A stretch of DNA of 64,000 nucleotides, taken from positions 18,290,001-18,354,000 of the forward strand of contig OZ059895.1 of NCBI GenBank assembly GCA_964057225.1, written 5' to 3'. A model generated the notes under the pieces. The model saw only the letters and a list, made by a program, of their open reading frames with translations, did not search any database and had not been told where the DNA came from. The stretch comes from Auanema rhodensis. Its lineage: Eukaryota; Animalia; Nematoda. Each line of letters starts with the position of its first letter. Positions within the stretch are counted from its first letter, which is position 1. The position numbers and the translations under genes are program-made. Positions 23,401 through 38,000 of the stretch are shown piece by piece.

Positions 23401-26400
23401 TTGAACCCCAGCCCTCTCCCATGCTAAGGGAGCGCTCTACCACTGAGCTATATCCCCACACATGTCCGTGTTTCAAGTTCTTTATTCAAACCTACAGTAC
23501 TTCGAGACTATAAACGAAAGATTGGAGGTGAAACCAAGTGCTGTCTACGTTATTTCAAAAAGAAATTAATAGAATACTTTCTGTATTATGACGCTTGAAG
23601 CATTTTCCAATGTCATTATCTTCTACATTTTCAAAACAAAAAGGATTTCTGGAGATATGGGGAATTGAACCCCAGCCCTCTCCCATGCTAAGGGAGCGCT
23701 CTACCACTGAGCTATATCCCCACACATGTCCGTGTCTCAATTTCTTTATTCAAACCTACAGTACTTCGAGACTATAAACGAAAGATTGGAGGTAAAACTA
23801 AGTGCTGTCTACGTTGTTTCAATTGAAAATCAACGGGATACTTTCTGTATTATGACGCTTGAAGCATTTTCCAATGTGGTAGTCTTCTACATTTTCAAAA
23901 CAAAAAGGATTTCTGGAGATATGGGGAATTGAACCCCAGCCCTCTCCCATGCTAAGGGAGCGCTCTACCACTGAGCTATATCCCCACACATGTACGTGTT
24001 TCAAGTTCTTCATTCAAACCTACAGTACTTCGAGACTATAAATGAAATATTGGAGGTGAAAACAAGTGCTGTCTACGTTATTTCAAAAAGAAATTAATAG
24101 AATACTCTCTGTATTATGACTCTTGAAGCATTGCTTAATGTCATTATCATCTACATTTTCAAAACAAAAAGGATTTCTGGAGATATGGGGAATTGAACCC
24201 CAGCCCTCTCCCATGCTAAGGGAGCGCTCTACCACTGAGCTATATCCCCACACATGTACGTGTTTCGAGTTCTTTATTCAAACCTACAGTACTTCGAGAC
24301 TATAAATGAAATATTGGAGGTGAAACCAAGTGCTGTCTACGTTATTTCAAAAAGAAATTAATAGAATACTTTCTGTATTATGACGCTTGAAGCATTTTCC
24401 AATGTCATTATCTTCTACATTTTCAAAACAAAAAGGATTTCTGGAGATATGGGGAATTGAACCCCAGCCCTCTCCCATGCTAAGGGAGCGCTCTACCACT
24501 GAGCTATATCCCCACACATGTCCGTGTTTCAAGTTCTTTATTCAAACCTACAGTACTTCGAGACTATAAACGAAAGATTGGAGGTGAAACCAAGTGCTGT
24601 CTACGTTATTTCAAAAAGAAATTAATAGAATACTTTCTGTATTATGACGCTTGAAGCATTTTCCAATGTCATTATCTTCTACATTTTCAAAACAAAAAGG
24701 ATTTCTGGAGATATGGGGAATTGAACCCCAGCCCTCTCCCATGCTAAGGGAGCGCTCTACCACTGAGCTATATCCCCACACATGTCCGTGTCTCAATTTC
24801 TTTATTCAAACCTACAGTACTTCGAGACTATAAACGAAAGATTGGAGGTAAAACTAAGTGCTGTCTACGTTGTTTCAATTGAAAATCAACGGGATACTTT
24901 CTGTATTATGACGCTTGAAGCATTTTCCAATGTGGTAGTCTTCTACATTTTCAAAACAAAAAGGATTTCTGGAGATATGGGGAATTGAACCCCAGCCCTC
25001 TCCCATGCGAAGGGAGCGCTCTACCACTGAGCTATATCCCCACACATGTACGTGTTTCAAGTTGTTTATTCAAACCTACAGTACCTCGAGACTATAAATG
25101 AAATATTGGAGGTAAAACCAAGTGCTGTCTACGTTGTTTCAATTGAAAATCAATAGAATACTCTCTGTATTATGACTCTTGAAGCATTTCTTAATGTCAT
25201 TATCTTCTACATTTTCAAAACAAAAAGGATTTCTGGAGATATGGGGAATTGAACCCCAGCCCTCTCCCATGCTAAGGGAGCGCTCTACCACTGAGCTATA
25301 TCCCCACACATGTACGTGTTTCAAGTTCTTTATTCAAACCTACAGTACCTCGAGACTATAAATGAAATATTGGAGGTGAAACCAAGTGCTGTCTACGTTA
25401 TTTCAAAAAGAAATTAATAGAATACTCTCTGTATTATGACGCTTGAAGCATTTTCCAATGTCATTATCTTCTACATTTTCAAAACAAAAAGGATTTCTGG
25501 AGATACGGGGAATTGAACCCCAGCCCTCTCCCATGCTAAGGGAGCGCTCTACCACTGAGCTATATCCCCACACATGTACGTGTTTCAAGTTCTTTATTCA
25601 AACCTACAGTACCTCGAGACTATAAATGAAATATTGGAGGTGAAACCAAGTGCTGTCTACGTTGTTTCAAATAGAAATTAATAGAATACTTCCTGTATTA
25701 TGACGCTTGAAGCATTTCTTAATGTCATTATCTTCTACATTTTCAAAACAAAAAGGATTTCTGGAGATATGGGGAATTGAACCCCAGCCCTCTCCCATGC
25801 TAAGGGAGCGCTCTACTACTGAGCTATATCCCCACACATATACGTGTTTCATGTTCTTTATTCACACCTACAGTACCTCGAGACTATAAATGAAATATTG
25901 GAGGTGAAACCAAGTGCTGTCTACGTTGTTTCAAATAGAAATTAATAGAATACTTTCTGTATATTGACTCTTGAAGCATATCTTAATGTCATTATCTTCT
26001 ACATTTTCAAAACAAAAAGGATTTCTGGAGATATGGGGAATTGAACCCCAGCCCTCTCCCATGCTAAGGGAGCGCTCTACCACTGAGCTATATCCCCACA
26101 CATGTACGTGTTTCAAGTTCTTTATTCAAACCTACAGTACCTCGAGACTATAAATGAAATATTGGAGGTGAAACCAAGTGCTGTCTACGTTGTTTCAGAT
26201 AGAAATTAATAGAATACTTTCTGTATTATGACTCTTGAAGCATTTCTTAATGTCATTATCTTCTACATTTTCAAAACAAAAAGGATTTCTGGAGATATGG
26301 GGAATTGAACCCCAGCCCTCTCCCATGCTAAGGGAGCGCTCTACCACTGAGCTATATCCCCACACATGTACGTGTTTCAAGTTCTTTATTCAAACCTACA

Positions 26401-28929
26401 GTACCTCGAGACTATAAATGAAATATTGGAGGTGAAACCAAGTGCTGTCTACGTTGTTTCAAATAGAAATTAATAGAATACTTTCTGTATTATGACGCTT
26501 GAAGCATTTCTTAACGTCATTATCTTCTACATTTTCAAAACAAAAAGGATTTCTGGAGATATGGGGAATTGAACCCCAGCCCTCTCCCATGCTAAGGGAG
26601 CGCTCTACCACTGAGCTATATCCCCACACATGTACGTGTTTCAAGTTCTTTATTCAAACCTACAGTACCTCGAGACTATAAATGAAATATTGGAGGTGAA
26701 ACCAAGTGCTGTCTACGTTGTTTCAAATAGAAATTAATAGAATACTTTCTGTATTATGACACTTGAAGCATTTCTTAATGTCATTATCTTCTACATTTTC
26801 AAAACAAAAAGGATTTCTGGAGATATGGGGAATTGAACCCCAGCCCTCTCCCATGCTAAGGGAGCGCTCTACCACTGAGCTATATCCCCACACATGTACG
26901 TGTTTCAAGTTCTTTATTCAAACCTACAGCACCTCGAGACTATAAATGAAATATTGGAGGTGAAACCAAGTGCTGTCTAAGTTGTTTCAGATAGAAACTA
27001 ATAGAATACTTTCTGTATTATGACTCTTGAAGCATTTATTAATGTCATCATCTTCTACATTTTCAAAACAAAAAGGATTTCTGGAGATATGGGGAATTGA
27101 ACCCCAGCCCTCTCCCATGCTAAGGGAGCGCTCTACCACTGAGCTATATCCCCACACATGTACGTGTTTCAAGTTCTTTATTCAAACCTACAGTACCTCG
27201 AGACTAGAAATGAAATATTGGAGGTGAAACCAAGTGCTGTCTACGTTGTTTCAAATAGAAATTAATAGAATACTTTCTGTATATTGACTCTTGAAGCATA
27301 TCTTAATGTCATTATCTTCTACATTTTCAAAACAAAAAGGATTTCTGGAGATATGGGGAATTGAACCCCAGCCCTCTCCCATGCTAAGGGAGCGCTCTAC
27401 CACTGAGCTATATCCCCACACATGTACGTGTTTCAAGTTCTTTATTCAAACCTACAGTACCTCGAGACTATAAATGAAATATTGGAGGTGAAACCAAGTG
27501 CTGTCTACGTTGTTTCAAATAGAAATTAATAGAATACTTCCTGTATTATGACGCTTGAAGCATTTTCCAATGTCATTATCTTCTACATTTTCAAAACAAA
27601 AAGGATTTCTGGAGATATGGGGAATTGAACCCCAGACCTCTCCCATGCGAAGGGAGCGCTCTACCACTGAGCTATATCCCCACACATGTACGTGTTTCAA
27701 GTTCTTTATTCAAACCTACAGTACCTCGAGACTATAAATGAAATATTGGAGGTGAAACCAAGTGCTGTCTACGTTGTTTCATATAAAAATCAATGGAATA
27801 CTCTCTGTATTATGACTCTTGAAGCATTTCTTAATGTCATTATCTTCTACATTTTCAAAACAAAAAGGATTTCTGGAGATATGGGGAATTGAACCCCAGC
27901 CCTCTCCCATGCGAAGGGAGCGCTCTACCACTGAGCTATATCCCCACACATGTACGTGTTTCAAGTTCTTCATTCAAACCTACAGTACTTCGAGACTATA
28001 AATGAAATATTGGAGGTAAAACCAAGTGCTGTCTACGTTGTTTCAACTGAAAATCAATAGAATACTCTCTGTATTATGACTCTTGAAGCATTTCTTAATG
28101 TCATTATCTTCTACATTTTCAAAACAAAAAGGATTTCTGGAGATATGGGGAATTGAACCCCAGCCCTCTCCCATGCGAAGGGAGCGCTCTACCACTGAGC
28201 TATATCCCCACACATGTACGTGTTTCAAGTTCTTTATTCAAACCTACAGTACCTCGAGACTATAAATGAAATATTGGAGGTGAAACCAAGTGCTGTCTAC
28301 GTTGTTTCAAATAGAAATTAATAGAATACTTCCTGTATTATGACGCTTGAAGCATTTTCCAATGTCATTATCTTCTACATTTTCAAAACAAAAAGGATTT
28401 CTGGAGATATGGGGAATTGAACCCCAGACCTCTCCCATGCGAAGGGAGCGCTCTACCACTGAGCTATATCCCCACACATGTACGTGTTTCAAGTTCTTTA
28501 TTCAAACCTACAGTACCTCGAGACTATAAATGAAATATTGGAGGTGAAACCAAGTGCTGTCTACGTTGTTTCATATAAAAATCAATGGAATACTCTCTGT
28601 ATTATGACTCTTGAAGCATTTCTTAATGTCATTATCTTCTACATTTTCAAAACAAAAAGGATTTCTGGAGATATGGGGAATTGAACCCCAGCCCTCTCCC
28701 ATGCGAAGGGAGCGCTCTACCACTGAGCTATATCCCCACACATGTACGTGTTTCAAGTTCTTCATTCAAACCTACAGTACTTCGAGACTATAAATGAAAT
28801 ATTGGAGGTAAAACCAAGTGCTGTCTACGTTGTTTCAACTGAAAATCAATAGAATACTCTCTGTATTATGACTCTTGAAGCATTTCTTAATGTCATTATC
28901 TTCTACATTTTCAAAACAAAAAGGATTTC

Positions 28930-29001
28930 TGGAGATATGGGGAATTGAACCCCAGCCCTCTCCCATGCGAAGGGAGCGCTCTACCACTGAGCTATATCCC
29001 C
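28930..29001 (-). tRNA. Last tRNA-Ala(CGC) copy in the window
   Basis: + strand tcccatgcgaaggg. All later units read catgctaagg. Confidence 0.9.
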
Positions 29002-32000
29002 ACACATGTACGTGTTTCAAGTTCTTCATTCAAACCTACAGTACTTCGAGACTATAAATGAAATATTGGAGGTAAAACCAAGTGCTGTCTACGTTGTTTC
29101 AACTGAAAATCAATAGAATACTTTCTGTATTATGACTCTTGAAGCATTTCTTAATGTCATTATCTTCTACATTTTCAAAACAAAAAGGATTTCTGGAGAT
29201 ATGGGGAATTGAACCCCAGCCCTCTCCCATGCTAAGGGAGCGCTCTACCACTGAGCTATATCCCCACACATGTACGTGTTTCAAGTTCTTTATTCAAACC
29301 TACAGTACTTCGAGACTATAAATGAAATATTGGAGGTGAAACCAAGTGCTGTCTACGTTATTTCAAAAAGAAATTAATAGAATACTTTCTGTATTATGAC
29401 GCTTGAAGCATTTTCCAATGTCATTATCTTCTACATTTTCAAAACAAAAAGGATTTCTGGAGATATGGGGAATTGAACCCCAGCCCTCTCCCATGCTAAG
29501 GGAGCGCTCTACCGCTGAGCTATATCCCCACACATGTCCGTGTTTCAAGTTCTTTATTCAAACCTACAGTACTTCGAGACTATAAACGAAAGATTGGAGG
29601 TGAAACCAAGTGCTGTCTACGTTATTTCAAAAAGAAATTAATAGAATACTTTCTGTATTATGACGCTTGAAGCATTTTCCAATGTCATTATCTTCTACAT
29701 TTTCAAAACAAAAAGGATTTCTGGAGATATGGGGAATTGAACCCCAGCCCTCTCCCATGCTAAGGGAGCGCTCTACCACTGAGCTATATCCCCACACATG
29801 TCCGTGTCTCAATTTCTTTATTCAAACCTACAGTACTTCGAGACTATAAACGAAAGATTGGAGGTAAAACTAAGTGCTGTCTACGTTGTTTCAATTGAAA
29901 ATCAACGGGATACTTTCTGTATTATGACGCTTGAAGCATTTTCCAATGTGGTAGTCTTCTACATTTTCAAAACAAAAAGGATTTCTGGAGATACGGGGAA
30001 TTGAACCCCAGCCCTCTCCCATGCTAAGGGAGCGCTCTACCACTGAGCTATATCCCCACACATGTCCGTGTTTCAAGTTCTTTATTCAAACCTACAGTAC
30101 TTCGAGACTATAAACGAAAGATTGGAGGTGAAACCAAGTGCTGTCTACGTTATTTCAAAAAGAAATTAATAGAATACTCTCTGTATTATGACGCTTGAAG
30201 CATTTTCCAATGTCATTATCTTCTACATTTTCAAAACAAAAAGGATTTCTGGAGATATGGGGAATTGAACCCCAGCCCTCTCCCATGCTAAGGGAGCGCT
30301 CTACCACTGAGCTATATCCCCACACATGTCCGTGTTTCAAGTTCTTTATTCAAACCTACAGTACTTCGAGACTATAAACGAAAGATTGGAGGTGAAACCA
30401 ATTGCTGTCTACGTTATTTCAAAAAGAAATTAATAGAATACTTTCTGTATTATGACGCTTGAAGCATTTTCCAATGTCATTATCTTCTACATTTTCAAAA
30501 CAAAAAGGATTTCTGGAGATATGGGGAATTGAACCCCAGCCCTCTCCCATGCTAAGGGAGCGCTCTACCACTGAGCTATATCCCCACACATGTCCGTGTT
30601 TCAAGTTCTTTATTCAAACCTACAGTACTTCGAGACTATAAACGAAAGATTGGAGGTGAAACCAAGTGCTGTCTACGTTATTTCAAAAAGAAAATAATAG
30701 AATACTTTCTGTATTATGACGCTTGAAGCATTTTCCAATGTCATTATCTTCTACATTTTCAAAACAAAAAGGATTTCTGGAGATATGGGGAATTGAACCC
30801 CAGCCCTCTCCCATGCTAAGGGAGCGCTCTACCACTGAGCTATATCCCCACACATGTCCGTGTTTCAAGTTCTTTATTCAAACCTACAGTACTTCGAGAC
30901 TATAAACGAAAGATTGGAGGTGAAACCAAGTGCTGTCTACGTTATTTCAAAAAGAAAATAATAGAATACTTTCTGTATTATGACGCTTGAAGCATTTTCC
31001 AATGTCATTATCTTCTACATTTTCAAAACAAAAAGGATTTCTGGAGATATGGGGAATTGAACCCCAGCCCTCTCCCATGCTAAGGGAGCGCTCTACCACT
31101 GAGCTATATCCCCACACATGTCCGTGTCTCAATTTCTTTATTCAAACCTACAGTACTTCGAGACTATAAACGAAAGATTGGAGGTAAAACTAAGTGCTGT
31201 CTACGTTGTTTCAATTGAAAATCAACGGGATACTTTCTGTATTACGACGCTTGAAGCATTTTCCAATGTGGTAGTCTTCTACATTTTCAAAACAAAAAGG
31301 ATTTCTGGAGATACGGGGAATTGAACCCCAGCCCTCTCCCATGCTAAGGGAGCGCTCTACCACTGAGCTATATCCCCACACATGTCCGTGTTTCAAGTTC
31401 TTTATTCAAACCTACAGTACTTCGAGACTATAAACGAAAGATTGGAGGTGAAACCAAGTGCTGTCTACGTTATTTCAAAAAGAAATTAATAGAATACTCT
31501 CTGTATTATGACGCTTGAAGCATTTTCCAATGTCATTATCTTCTACATTTTCAAAACAAAAAGGATTTCTGGAGATATGGGGAATTGAACCCCAGCCCTC
31601 TCCCATGCTAAGGGAGCGCTCTACCACTGAGCTATATCCCCACACATGTCCGTGTTTCAAGTTCTTTATTCAAACCTACAGTACTTCGAGACTATAAACG
31701 AAAGATTGGAGGTGAAACCAAGTGCTGTCTACGTTATTTCAAAAAGAAATTAATAGAATACTTTCTGTATTATGACGCTTGAAGCATTTTCCAATGTCAT
31801 TATCTTCTACATTTTCAAAACAAAAAGGATTTCTGGAGATATGGGGAATTGAACCCCAGCCCTCTCCCATGCTAAGGGAGCGCTCTACCACTGAGCTATA
31901 TCCCCACACATGTCCGTGTTTCAAGTTCTTTATTCAAACCTACAGTACTTCGAGACTATAAACGAAAGATTGGAGGTGAAACCAAGTGCTGTCTACGTTA

Positions 32001-35000
32001 TTTCAAAAAGAAAATAATAGAATACTTTCTGTATTATGACGCTTGAAGCATTTTCCAATGTCATTATCTTCTACATTTTCAAAACAAAAAGGATTTCTGG
32101 AGATATGGGGAATTGAACCCCAGCCCTCTCCCATGCTAAGGGAGCGCTCTACCACTGAGCTATATCCCCACACATGTCCGTGTCTCAATTTCTTTATTCA
32201 AACCTACAGTACTTCGAGACTATAAACGAAAGATTGGAGGTGAAAACAAGTGCTGTCTACGTTGTTTCAAATAGAAAATAATAGAATAATCTCTGTATTA
32301 TGACGCTTGAGGCATTTTCCAATGTCATTATCTTCTACATTTTCAAAACAAAAAGGATTTCTGGAGATATGGGGAATTGAACCCCAGCCCTCTCCCATGC
32401 TAAGGGAGCGCTCTACCACTGAGCTATATCCCCACACATATCCGTGTCTCAATTTCTTTATTCAAACCTACAGTACTTCGAGACTATAAACGAAAGATTG
32501 GAGGTGAAACCAAGTGCTGTCTACGTTATTTCAAAAAGAAAATAATAGAATACTTTCTGTATTATGACGCTTGAAGCATTTTCCAATGTCATTATCTTCT
32601 ACATTTTCAAAACAAAAAGGATTTCTGGAGATATGGGGAATTGAACCCCAGCCCTCTCCCATGCTAAGGGAGCGCTCTACCACTGAGCTATATCCCCACA
32701 CATGTCCGTGTTTCAAGTTCTTTATTCAAACCTACAGTACTTCGAGACTATAAACGAAAGATTGGAGGTGAAACCAAGTGCTGTCTACGTTATTTCAAAA
32801 AGAAATTAATAGAATACTTTCTGTATTATGACGCTTGAAGCATTTTCCAATGTCATTATCTTCTACATTTTCAAAACAAAAAGGATTTCTGGAGATATGG
32901 GGAATTGAACCCCAGCCCTCTCCCATGCTAAGGGAGCGCTCTACCACTGAGCTATATCCCCACACATGTCCGTGTTTCAAGTTCTTTATTCAAACCTACA
33001 GTACTTCGAGACTATAAACGAAAGATTGGAGGTGAAAACAAGTGCTGTCTACGTTGTTTCAAATAGAAAATAATAGAATAATCTCTGTAATATGACGCTT
33101 GAGGCATTTTCCAATGTCATTATCTTCTACATTTTCAAAACAAAAAGGATTTCTGGAGATATGGGGAATTGAACCCCAGCCCTCTCCCATGCTAAGGGAG
33201 CGCTCTACCACTGAGCTATATCCCCACACATGTCCGTGTTTCAAGTTCTTTATTCAAACCTACAGTACTTCGAGACTATAAACGAAAGATTGGAGGTGAA
33301 AACAAGTGCTGTCTACGTTGTTTCAAATAGAAAATAATAGAATAATCTCTGTAATATGACGCTTGAGGCATTTTCCAATGTCATTATCTTCTACATTTTC
33401 AAAACAAAAAGGATTTCTGGAGATATGGGGAATTGAACCCCAGCCCTCTCCCATGCTAAGGGAGCGCTCTACCACTGAGCTATATCCCCACACATGTCCG
33501 TGTTTCAAGTTCTTTATTCAAACCTACAGTACTTCGAGACTATAAACGAAAGATTGGAGGTGAAAACAAGTGCTGTCTACGTTGTTTCAAATAGAAAATA
33601 ATAGAATAATCTCTGTATTATGACGCTTGAGGCATTTTCCAATGTCATTATCTTCTACATTTTCAAAACAAAAAGGATTTCTGGAGATATGGGGAATTGA
33701 ACCCCAGCCCTCTCCCATGCTAAGGGAGCGCTCTACCACTGAGCTATATCCCCACACATGTCCGTGTTTCAAGTTCTTTATTCAAACCTACAGTACTTCG
33801 AGACTATAAACGAAAGATTGGAGGTGAAAACAAGTGCTGTCTACGTTGTTTCAAATAGAAAATAATAGAATAATCTCTGTAATATGACGCTTGAGGCATT
33901 TTCCAATGTCATTATCTTCTACATTTTCATAACAAAAAGGATTTCTGGAGATATGGGGAATTGAACCCCAGCCCTCTCCCATGCTAAGGGAGCGCTCTAC
34001 CACTGAGGTATATCCCCACACATGTCCGTGTCTCAATTTCTTTATTCAAACCTACAGTACTTCGAGACTATAAACGAAAGATTGGAGGTAAAACTAAGTG
34101 CTGTCTACGTTGTTTCAATTGAAAATCAACGGGATACTTTCTGTATTACGACGCTTGAAGCATTTTCCAATGTGGTAGTCTTCTACATTTTCAAAACAAA
34201 AAGGATTTCTGGAGATATGGGGAATTGAACCGCAGCCCTCTCCCATGCTAAGGGAGCGCTCTACCACTGAGCTATATCCCCACACATATCCGTGTCTCAA
34301 TTTCTTTATTCAAACTTACAGTACTTCGAGACTATAAACGAAAGATTGGAGGTGAAACCAAGTGCTGTCTACGTTATTTCAAAAAGAAATTAATAGAATA
34401 CTCTCTGTATTATGACGCTTGAAGCATTTTCCAATGTCATTATCTTCTACATTTTCAAAACAAAAAGGATTTCTGGAGATATGGGGAATTGAACCCCAGC
34501 CCTCTCCCATGCTAAGGGAGCGCTCTACCACTGAGCTATATCCCCACACATGTCCGTGTCTCAATTTCTTTATTCAAACCTACAGTACTTCGAGACTATA
34601 AACGAAAGATTGGAGGTGAAAACAAGTGCTGTCTACGTTGTTTCAAATAGAAAATAATAGAATAATCTCTGTATTATGACGCTTGAGGCATTTTCCAATG
34701 TCATTATCTTCTACATTTTCAAAACAAAAAGGATTTCTGGAGATATGGGGAATTGAACCCCAGCCCTCTCCCATGCTAAGGGAGCGCTCTACCACTGAGC
34801 TATATCCCCACACATGTCCGTGTTTCAAGTTCTTTATTCAAACCTACAGTACTTCGAGACTATAAACGAAAGATTGGAGGTGAAAACAAGTGCTGTCTAC
34901 GTTGTTTCAAATAGAAAATAATAGAATAATCTCTGTATTATGACGCTTGAGGCATTTTCCAATGTCATTATCTTCTACATTTTCAAAACAAAAAGGATTT

Positions 35001-38000
35001 CTGGAGATATGGGGAATTGAACCCCAGCCCTCTCCCATGCTAAGGGAGCGCTCTACCACTGAGCTATATCCCCACACATGTCCGTGTTTCAAGTTCTTTA
35101 TTCAAACCTACAGTACTTCGAGACTATAAACGAAAGATTGGAGGTGAAACCAAGTGCTGTCTACGTTATTTCAAAAAGAAATTAATAGAATACTTTCTGT
35201 ATTATGACGCTTGAAGCATTTTCCAATGTCATTATCTTCTACATTTTCAAAACAAAAAGGATTTCTGGAGATATGGGGAATTGAACCCCAGCCCTCTCCC
35301 ATGCTAAGGGAGCGCTCTACCACTGAGCTATATCCCCACACATGTCCGTGTCTCAATTTCTTTATTCAAACCTACAGTACTTCGAGACTATAAACGAAAG
35401 ATTGGAGGTGAAACCAAGTGCTGTCTACGTTATTTCAGATAGAAAATAATAGAATACTTTCTGTATTATGACGCTTGAAGCATTTTCCAATGTCATTATC
35501 TTCTACATTTTCAAAACAAAAAGGATTTCTGGAGATATGGGGAATTGAACCCCAGCCCTCTCCCATGCTAAGGGAGCGCTCTACCACTGAGCTATATCCC
35601 CACACATATCCGTGTCTCAATTTCTTTATTCAAACCTACAGTACTTCGAGACTATAAACGAAAGATTGGAGGTGAAACCAAGTGCTGTCTACGTTATTTC
35701 AAAAAGAAATTAATAGAATACTCTCTGTATTATGACGCTTGAAGCATTTTCCAATGTCATTATCTTCTACATTTTCAAAACAAAAAGGATTTCTGGAGAT
35801 ATGGGGAATTGAACCCCAGCCCTCTCCCATGCTAAGGGAGCGCTCTACCACTGAGCTATATCCCCACACATATCCGTGTCTCAATTTCTTTATTCAAACC
35901 TACAGTACTTCGAGACTATAAACGAAAGATTGGAGGTGAAACCAAGTGCTGTCTACGTTATTTCAAAAAGAAACTAATAGAATACTCTCTGTATTATGAC
36001 GCTTGAAGCATTTTCCAATGTCATTATCTTCTACATTTTCAAAACAAAAAGGATTTCTGGAGATATGGGGAATTGAACCCCAGCCCTCTCCCATGCTAAG
36101 GGAGCGCTCTACCACTGAGCTATATCCCCACACATATCCGTGTCTCAATTTCTTTATTCAAACCTACAGTACTTCGAGACTATAAACGAAAGATTGGAGG
36201 TGAAACCAAGTGCTGTCTACGTTATTTCGGATAGAAATTAATAGAATACTCTCAGTATTATGACGCTTGAAGCATTTCCCATTGTCATTATCTTCTACAT
36301 TTTCAAAACAAAAAGGATTTCTGGAGATATGGGGAATTGAACCCCAGCCCTCTCCCATGCTAAGGGAGCGCTCTACCACTGAGCTATATCCCCACACATG
36401 TCCGTGTTTCAAGTTCTTTATTCAAACCTACAGTACTTCGAGACTATAAACGAAAGATTGGACGTGAAAACAAGTGCTGTCTACGTTGTTTCAGATAGAA
36501 ATTAATAGAATACTCTCTGTATTATGACGCTTGAAGCATTTTCCAATGTCATTATCTTCTACATTTTCAAAACAAAAAGGATTTCTGGAGATATGGGGAA
36601 TTGAACCCCAGCCCTCTCCCATGCTAAGGGAGCGCTCTACCACTGAGCTATATCCCCACACATGTCCGTGTCTCAATTTCTTTATTCAAACCTACAGTAC
36701 TTCGAGACTATAAACGAAAGATTGAAGGTGAAACCAAGTGCTGTCTACGTTATTTCAGATAGAAATTAATAGAATACTCTCTGTATTATGACGCTTGAAG
36801 CATTTTCCAATGTCATTATCTTCTACATTTTCAAAACAAAAAGGATTTCTGGAGATATGGGGAATTGAACCCCAGCCCTCTCCCATGCTAAGGGAGCGCT
36901 CTACCACTGAGCTATATCCCCACACATGTCCGTCTTTCAAGTTCTTTATTCAAACCTACAGTACTTCGAGACTATAAACGAAAGATTGGACGTGAAAACA
37001 AGTGCTGTCTACGTTGTTTCAGATAGAAATTAATAGAATACTCTCTGTATTATGACGCTTGAAGCATTTTCCAATGTCATTATCTTCTACATTTTCAAAA
37101 CAAAAAGGATTTCTGGAGATATGGGGAATTGAACCCCAGCCCTCTCCCATGCTAAGGGAGCGCTCTACCACTGAGCTATATCCCCACACATGTCCGTGTC
37201 TCAATTTCTTTATTCAAACCTACAGTACTTCGAGACTATAAACGAAAGATTGGAGGTGAAACCAAGTGCTGTCTACGTTGTTTCAATTGAAAATCAATGG
37301 GATACTCTCTGTATTATGACTCTTAAAGCATTTCTTAATGTCATTATCTTCTACATTTTCAAAACAAAAAGGATTTCTGGAGATATGGGGAATTGAACCC
37401 CAGCCCTCTCCCATGCTAAGGGAGCGCTCTACCACTGAGCTATATCCCCACACATGTCCGTGTTTCAAGTTCTTTATTCAAACCTACAGTACTTCGAGAC
37501 TATAAACGAAAGATTGGACGTGAAAACAAGTGCTGTCTACGTTGTTTCAAATAGAAATTAATAGAATACTCTCTGTATTATGACGCTTGAAGCATTTTCC
37601 AATGTCATTATCTTCTACATTTTCAAAACAAAAAGGATTTCAGGAGATATGGGGAATTGAACCCCAGCCCTCTCCCATGCTAAGGGAGCGCTGTACCACT
37701 GAGCTATATCCCCACACATGTCCGTGTTTCAAGTTCTTTATTCAAACCTACAGTACTTCGAGACTATAAACGAAAGATTGGAGGTGAAACCAAGTGCTGT
37801 CTACGTTATTTCAGATAGAAATTAATAGAATACTCTCTGTATTATGACGCTTGAAGCATTTCTTAATCTCATTATCTTCTACATTTTCAAAACAAAAAGG
37901 ATTTCTGGAGATATGGGGAATTGAACCCCAGCCCTCTCCCATGCTAAGGGAGCGCTCTACCACTGAGCTATATCCCCACACATGTCCGTGTTTCAAGTTC

